The notes below the pieces were generated by a model, which was not told the origin of the DNA, did not search any database, and saw only the letters and a list, made by a program, of their open reading frames with translations. From assembly GCA_024694145.1 (NCBI GenBank), contig JAILKD010000036.1:7066-71065 (forward strand): 64,000 bases of DNA, written 5' to 3'. Shown here one piece after another: positions 59,419 through 64,000 of the stretch. The stretch is from a bacterium (GTDB lineage Bacteria; Bacillota_I; Bacilli_A; Acholeplasmatales; JAEDCM01). Position 1 is the stretch's first letter; each line of letters begins with the position of its first letter. The translations under genes were made by a program, and so were the position numbers.

Positions 59419-61107
59419 TTATCTATTGCTTCTCTTTTTCTTTTGGCCTTCTTGTGGAATATCTTGCAATGGGTCATTTCCTAAATCAAAAATTGGTGGA
59501 TTGTAGATATCATCAGGATTAGATCCTCTTAGACGTTCTTGCCTTGCACGTTCTTCTTTAGCTTTTTCTTCTCTAGCACGAGCCATTTCTTCCCATGCAC
59601 TCTTTACAGATTCAGCCTTTTTATCTTCTTTCTTCTTACCACCAAATCCAAATAAACCTCTACGTTCTTTTTCAGGTTCTTTTTGTTGTGGTTTAGCTTC
59701 TTGAATAGGTGTTTCTTCAACTTCTTCAGTTTCTTCTACAGCCTCTTCTTCAGCAGGTGTTTCTTCAACCTTAGGTTCTTCTTTTGGTTCTTCTTTCTTC
59801 TTTTGTAACATTTCAGCCTGACGTTTAGCTTCTTCAGCAGCCTTAGCTTTTTCAGCTAATTGTGCTTCTGTTGCTTGGCTTTCTGCTTCAAGTTCAGCAA
59901 GTAATCTTGCTTCTTCCTCTTCAGCTTGTCTAGCAGCTTCTTCAGCAGCTTTTCTAGCTTCTTCAGCACGTAGTCTAGCAGCTTCTCTAATTTCAGCTAA
60001 TTTCTTTTGCTTTTCAGCAATTTCAGCTTCTTTTGCTTGACGTTCTGCTTCTAGACGTTCTCTTTCAGCAGCAGCTTCAGCTTCAAGACGCTCAGCTTCT
60101 GCCTTAGCTTCAGCAATACGGCGTTCTTCTTCTTCCTTACGACGACGTTCTTCTTCTTCACGAGCCTTTCTTTCGGCTTCTTGTCTAGCTAATTCAGCTA
60201 GACGAGCTTCTTCTTTTAGGCGCTCTTCTTCAGCAATTCTAGCCTCTTCTTTAGCAATTGCTTCTTCAGCAATTCTTTCAAGTTCTATCTTCTTATCTTC
60301 AGCTTCTGCAGCTTCAATATATAACTTATCAGCTTCACGTCTAGCTTCATCAGCCTTACGCATAGCTTCATTCTTAGCCTCTTCAGCTCTATGAGCTTTT
60401 TCACTTAATTTACGAGCAATCTTTCTTGCTTCAGCAGCTTCATCAACTTCTTTTAAGTTGTACTTGTTATCGCCACTATCATTCATCATTTGTAACATTT
60501 GTTCACCAAGTGCTGAATCTTCAGATACAGATCCACCATCTTCACGGTTACCTAAAACATCATTTAATGCCTTCATAGCAGCCATAGCTTTATCTTTATT
60601 AGATAAACCTTCAACATCTAATGCTTCATCATATTTATAAGTAATAACTTGTGGTTGAATTAAAATTACTCTTGTAATCTTATTTCTAAATCCAACTCTA
60701 TCAATGTGAACTACCTTCTTATCGAGGTTCTTATCACCTGTAGGAATAACATCTGTTACTTCCATTTCATCAATATCATAGTTTTCAAGTACATTTGGTA
60801 CCATTACTTCAATATTTTGTAATTGAAGTGTAGTTTTAAACTTTGATAAAGTGTAAGACATTTGTCTACTATCAGACATATCATCTTTAAAATCAACATA
60901 TCCAGCATCAACTCTTGTGAATATTTCAGCTAAAGCCTTCATGAATTCACCTAAAGACTTATCTGTTTGTTTTTTTAGCTTGTCTTCTGATCTTTTTAGT
61001 TCATTTTTAACTTCTTGAATTTCTGCATTTAATCTTTTAATATATATATCTTTAGTACGCATCAATTCTTGTTGCTTTTCTATTTCTTTCTTTAAATCCT
61101 CTGCCAT
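59419..61107 (-). CDS. GrpE-like nucleotide-exchange-factor domain fused to a long E/R/K/A-rich helix and an acidic/basic tail
   Basis: aa 1-160 comprise an N-terminal coiled coil, LGEFMKALAEIFTRV (GrpE LLPvlDnlERAl position), ENYDIDEMEV (GrpE FDPn.HeA position) and VGFRNKITRVILIQPQVITY (GrpE GY....rvlRpA.V.V position). aa ~221-437 are almost pure E/A/R/K. Confidence 0.55.
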   Translation of the reverse strand: MAEDLKKEIEKQQELMRTKDIYIKRLNAEIQEVKNELKRSEDKLKKQTDKSLGEFMKALAEIFTRVDAGYVDFKDDMSDSRQMSYTLSKFKTTLQLQNIEVMVPNVLENYDIDEMEVTDVIPTGDKNLDKKVVHIDRVGFRNKITRVILIQPQVITYKYDEALDVEGLSNKDKAMAAMKALNDVLGNREDGGSVSEDSALGEQMLQMMNDSGDNKYNLKEVDEAAEARKIARKLSEKAHRAEEAKNEAMRKADEARREADKLYIEAAEAEDKKIELERIAEEAIAKEEARIAEEERLKEEARLAELARQEAERKAREEEERRRKEEEERRIAEAKAEAERLEAEAAAERERLEAERQAKEAEIAEKQKKLAEIREAARLRAEEARKAAEEAARQAEEEEARLLAELEAESQATEAQLAEKAKAAEEAKRQAEMLQKKKEEPKEEPKVEETPAEEEAVEETEEVEETPIQEAKPQQKEPEKERRGLFGFGGKKKEDKKAESVKSAWEEMARAREEKAKEERARQERLRGSNPDDIYNPPIFDLGNDPLQDIPQEGQKKKRSNR

Positions 61108-61113
61108 AATTTA

Positions 61114-63807
61114 TTAGGCCTCCTTTTCAAGTAATAGTTTAGCATAAGCATCATTAATTAAGGCAACCTTAGATGAGTCGCCACCTCTATCTCTATGATG
61201 AGCAAGGATTTGACGTTTGTATGCTTTCTTAATTTCTGCGATTGTAGCTTGTCTTGTAACGCCAAGTAATTTGTAGTAGATATCATTTTCATCATGACTT
61301 GATGCGAATGCTCTATCTTCTTCAGCAAGTAATCTATATGCATATCTATTTGGTGTTTCTTCATATAATTCTTCTAGCTTCTTAATGTATTTTTTCTTTA
61401 AATCAGTTACATATTCAGCTAATTTATCAGTTCTTGGTGGTTCTTCTCTATTAATTAAAGTTAAAATGTTTTGACAAGAATATACACCAATCATTGCACG
61501 TTCAATATAAACCATGTTAGTACTTAACATTAAGTCGTTTTGTTGATATTCAGTCTTATAAAGTGAAGTAACATAACTTGAGCAGTTACATGCAATGTAA
61601 TTCTTTAATGAAACATAAATTGAATCAATCTTTCTAGTATTTAATAATTCAATAGCATTAACTAAATCTGATTCGAAAATATCAACTATTTTCTTATCAT
61701 AATATGCTTCATATTTCTTTAAAATAGATAAGTATCTTAAAGCTTTTTCTGTGTTTTCTCTGTTTTTAATTAATCCTAAAATCTTTTCATATTTACTAGC
61801 AATAACTTTTAAATCAAATTGTTTAGCAAATTTATTAGCACCTTGTTCTTCATAAATTTGACTAAATTCAATAGCTTCATCAGCATTTGATTTACACATA
61901 TCTACAACATCTGGGTTAGATGATGTTCTTGCCATATATTCCCAGTAATCTGCTTGAGAATTTAAGATTTGTGACATAATTTGTGGATCAAGGTTAGCCT
62001 TGATTTGATATTCATGATATTTAACTTGATAATCATTTTCAAGTATAGTAGCCTTAGCTAATCTGTTAAATATTTCTTGACTAGTTTTATGTGCAATATC
62101 AAGTGGAGTTTCACCTTCACTATTTACATCTAGAGCTTTAGATTCAACTCTCTTGAAGAAATAATCAAAACACTTAACTGCATTGTTTCTAGCACAGATA
62201 TGTAAGATATTATTTTTCTTACTATCTACACCATCAAATTTATAACCTCTAACAGCACTCTTCATAACTTGGTCAATGTCATCATTAGCTACATAAACGC
62301 TATATAAGTAAATTGGGTAAGTATGAAGTCTCTTCTTGATTTCATCAATTTGTAATTGAACATTAAGTTCAGAAATAAATGATCTAACATCAACTTTTTC
62401 ATCGATGTATGCTTGTACTCTACGAGGAACTGAATCAATATTTAAAGATTCATTTTCAAATACTTCTTTTCTAATAACGTCTTTTGATTCTTCAACTATT
62501 CTATTATAGTCATCAGCTTGTTGACGAAGTCTCTTTAACATTTGGAAAATTCTTGTAATCTTAACGTTGATTTCATCAATATCACAAGTGTTAAGTAATG
62601 TTTCGAAGAAATCTACTTCAGCAACAGTATCACTCTTACGTAAAATGTTAACACGTTCATCAAGTCTAGATAATACTAAATTAACTCTATCAATATTTTC
62701 GTTAATTTTTCTTTCGTATTCATCCTTCTTATATTTAAGTTCATTAACTGAATCTAAGTGTTCATTTTTAGTAGTAAATACTAGAGGAACCTTAGTATCT
62801 TGTGTCATATCGACATCAAGGTTTTTAGCAACCTTTTGCATTTTTGAAGGAATAGATGCTTGATAATCTTCATAAGCCTTAACTGATTGATCCATAACCT
62901 TCTTAGTATATTCATCATATTTTGCATATAAACCAACAAACATACCCTTATCAGCAAATTGACGTTCACCTTCAAAACTATTATGACTTGCACTTTCTTT
63001 TAATCTAGATAAAATTTCAAGATTATGATAAAGTGATTGGTCTTCTTCGTATAAGTATAAAATTTTTGCTTGATATTTTTTGTTAATCTTATCAAGTTCG
63101 TTATATAATTTTTCAAGTTCTGGATAGTTATTAACGATATCATCAATCTTTAGTTCATCACTTTCTTGTAATTGACCAAGTTCATAGTCTTTGTAATTTT
63201 CTAAGATTGATTGAAGTGTTCTAGACACATAACCTTCATAACTTGAATAAGTATAGTTCATAGCTTTTGTGAAGTCTTTGTATTTAACATCGTAAACACT
63301 TAATTCTCTTGTTTCAAAGAATTCATCATATAGCGATTGAGCAAATCCAAATTGACCACTTTGGTTAGATGGCTTTTGAAGTGTGAATTTTGCTTGAAGT
63401 TGATCTAAGCAACGTTTGTATTCATCTAGTGAATCACCAACGCTCTTAGTATAGCTATATAATTCTTCACTTAATTCAAATTTTTTGTATGCACCTTTAC
63501 AAGATAGCACACCAATTGTAGAGATTAATGATAAAACTCCAAAAATTCCCGCAATTGCTAATACTGCAATTCCAAGTGCAAAAACTGGACCCATTAACAC
63601 AACACCAATTGCTGCTAGAGCAATAGCAATGATCCAATAAATCACAAGGCATGCAATGTATTGCTTTTGATTTTTGTTATAATGCCAATCACTAAATGCC
63701 CCAGTTCCATTTGCGTAATGCTCAGGACCATAGAATGCATCTTGTGTAGCGCCTTTTGACTTTAATGCGTATTTTGGAAATAAAACAAATAATTTTGCCA
63801 CATACAT
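61114..63807 (-). CDS. membrane-anchored protein with ankyrin repeats and a C-terminal J domain (HRD variant)
   Basis: Two adjacent TM helices (aa ~51-104). ANK-like repeats follow (NNILHICARNNAVKCFDYF...NSEGETPLDIAHK, aa ~525-585). The last 56 aa, DIYYKLLGVTRQATIAEIKKAYKRQILAHHRDRGGD...INDAYAKLL, form a J domain with HRD in place of HPD. Start is ambiguous (GTG 63810, ATG 63807 or GTG 63801 after GAGGTG). Confidence 0.75.
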   Translation of the reverse strand: MYVAKLFVLFPKYALKSKGATQDAFYGPEHYANGTGAFSDWHYNKNQKQYIACLVIYWIIAIALAAIGVVLMGPVFALGIAVLAIAGIFGVLSLISTIGVLSCKGAYKKFELSEELYSYTKSVGDSLDEYKRCLDQLQAKFTLQKPSNQSGQFGFAQSLYDEFFETRELSVYDVKYKDFTKAMNYTYSSYEGYVSRTLQSILENYKDYELGQLQESDELKIDDIVNNYPELEKLYNELDKINKKYQAKILYLYEEDQSLYHNLEILSRLKESASHNSFEGERQFADKGMFVGLYAKYDEYTKKVMDQSVKAYEDYQASIPSKMQKVAKNLDVDMTQDTKVPLVFTTKNEHLDSVNELKYKKDEYERKINENIDRVNLVLSRLDERVNILRKSDTVAEVDFFETLLNTCDIDEINVKITRIFQMLKRLRQQADDYNRIVEESKDVIRKEVFENESLNIDSVPRRVQAYIDEKVDVRSFISELNVQLQIDEIKKRLHTYPIYLYSVYVANDDIDQVMKSAVRGYKFDGVDSKKNNILHICARNNAVKCFDYFFKRVESKALDVNSEGETPLDIAHKTSQEIFNRLAKATILENDYQVKYHEYQIKANLDPQIMSQILNSQADYWEYMARTSSNPDVVDMCKSNADEAIEFSQIYEEQGANKFAKQFDLKVIASKYEKILGLIKNRENTEKALRYLSILKKYEAYYDKKIVDIFESDLVNAIELLNTRKIDSIYVSLKNYIACNCSSYVTSLYKTEYQQNDLMLSTNMVYIERAMIGVYSCQNILTLINREEPPRTDKLAEYVTDLKKKYIKKLEELYEETPNRYAYRLLAEEDRAFASSHDENDIYYKLLGVTRQATIAEIKKAYKRQILAHHRDRGGDSSKVALINDAYAKLLLEKEA

Positions 63808-63845
63808 CACCTCAATTTAATACTGTCATTTCGTCTCTAATATAT

Positions 63846-63854
63846 ATTTTAACA
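63846..63854 (-). promoter_or_regulatory. extended -10 promoter (TGtTAAAAT) for the J-protein operon
   Basis: Minus strand reads TGTTAAAAT about 35 nt upstream of the start codon region and downstream of the preceding terminator. Confidence 0.45.
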
Positions 63855-63921
63855 TTTTTTTAATGAAATTAACACTAAAAATATTTATTTTTAATAGTAA
63901 AATTATAATAAGATTTTTTCT

Positions 63922-63965
63922 ATAAATAAAAAATGGCTTAATAACAATATTTTTTGTTTAAGCCA
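63922..63965 (-). terminator. terminator-like hairpin of the upstream (off-window) gene
   Basis: Minus strand reads TGGCTTAA-N16-TTAAGCCA followed by TTTTTTATTT. The large loop lowers confidence. Confidence 0.45.
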
Positions 63966-64000
63966 CTTAAAAATAATTTTGTAAAACGCTACCATTTTAA

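Noticed and set aside
59797-60447. Quasi-repetitive, GC-enriched DNA (gcttcttcagc-like units), considered as a tandem repeat or CRISPR-like element.
   Set aside because: The repeats are irregular and in frame. They translate to a continuous E/R/K/A helix within a single ORF, so this is coding low complexity rather than a repeat array.
63869-63900. Imperfect inverted repeat TTAACACTAAAAA-N6-TTTTTAATAGTAA upstream of the J-protein gene, considered as a CIRCE (HrcA) heat-shock operator.
   Set aside because: It does not match TTAGCACTC-N9-GAGTGCTAA. The arms are AT-only and mismatched at several positions, which is expected by chance in this composition.

Overview
Strongly AT-rich, standard-code bacterial chromosome segment. 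It looks like a low-GC Firmicutes/Mollicutes-related organism (Acholeplasma/Erysipelotrichia/RF39-type gut Bacilli is my best guess, by inference only). About 50 genes are present and almost all lie on the minus strand. I recognised no rRNA, tRNA, CRISPR array, transposase or integrase.

Gene content, left to right:
- argG and the 5' part of argH, behind a structured leader
- a divergent ispH
- a complete his operon (hisZ-G-D-C-B-H-A-F-IE plus a PHP-type histidinol phosphatase) with a GH26 gene at its tail
- dinB
- an orphan ftsZ
- an ~11.7 kb, 10-gene operon behind a clear T-box riboswitch
- tgt, a cyclophilin lipoprotein, queA, ruvB and ruvA
- an isolated 1018-aa all-coiled-coil protein
- obg and rplU-prp-rpmA
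- malQ, a GH13 enzyme and glgB
- a catalytically degenerate FolC-like gene
- valS coupled to a GNAT gene
- a GT4 glycosyltransferase
- an accessory block with three BspA-type leucine-rich-repeat lipoproteins and a Big_2/VanZ membrane protein
- a self-contained triad of a membrane-anchored J-domain protein, a GrpE-like protein with a long E/R/K/A helix, and a divergent Hsp70

The T-box operon encodes two N-terminally fused AMP-forming acyl-CoA synthetases, an amidohydrolase, a catalytically dead LeuA/CimA-like protein, a branched-chain aminotransferase, a P-loop NTPase and a four-subunit 2-oxoacid:ferredoxin oxidoreductase.

The two strongest candidates for undescribed biology are the Hsp70 triad (57.6-63.8 kb) and the T-box-controlled operon (15.3-27.1 kb). 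The operon may make an amino acid from short-chain acids by reductive carboxylation. All homology calls rest on motifs read by eye from the translations. No database search was possible.
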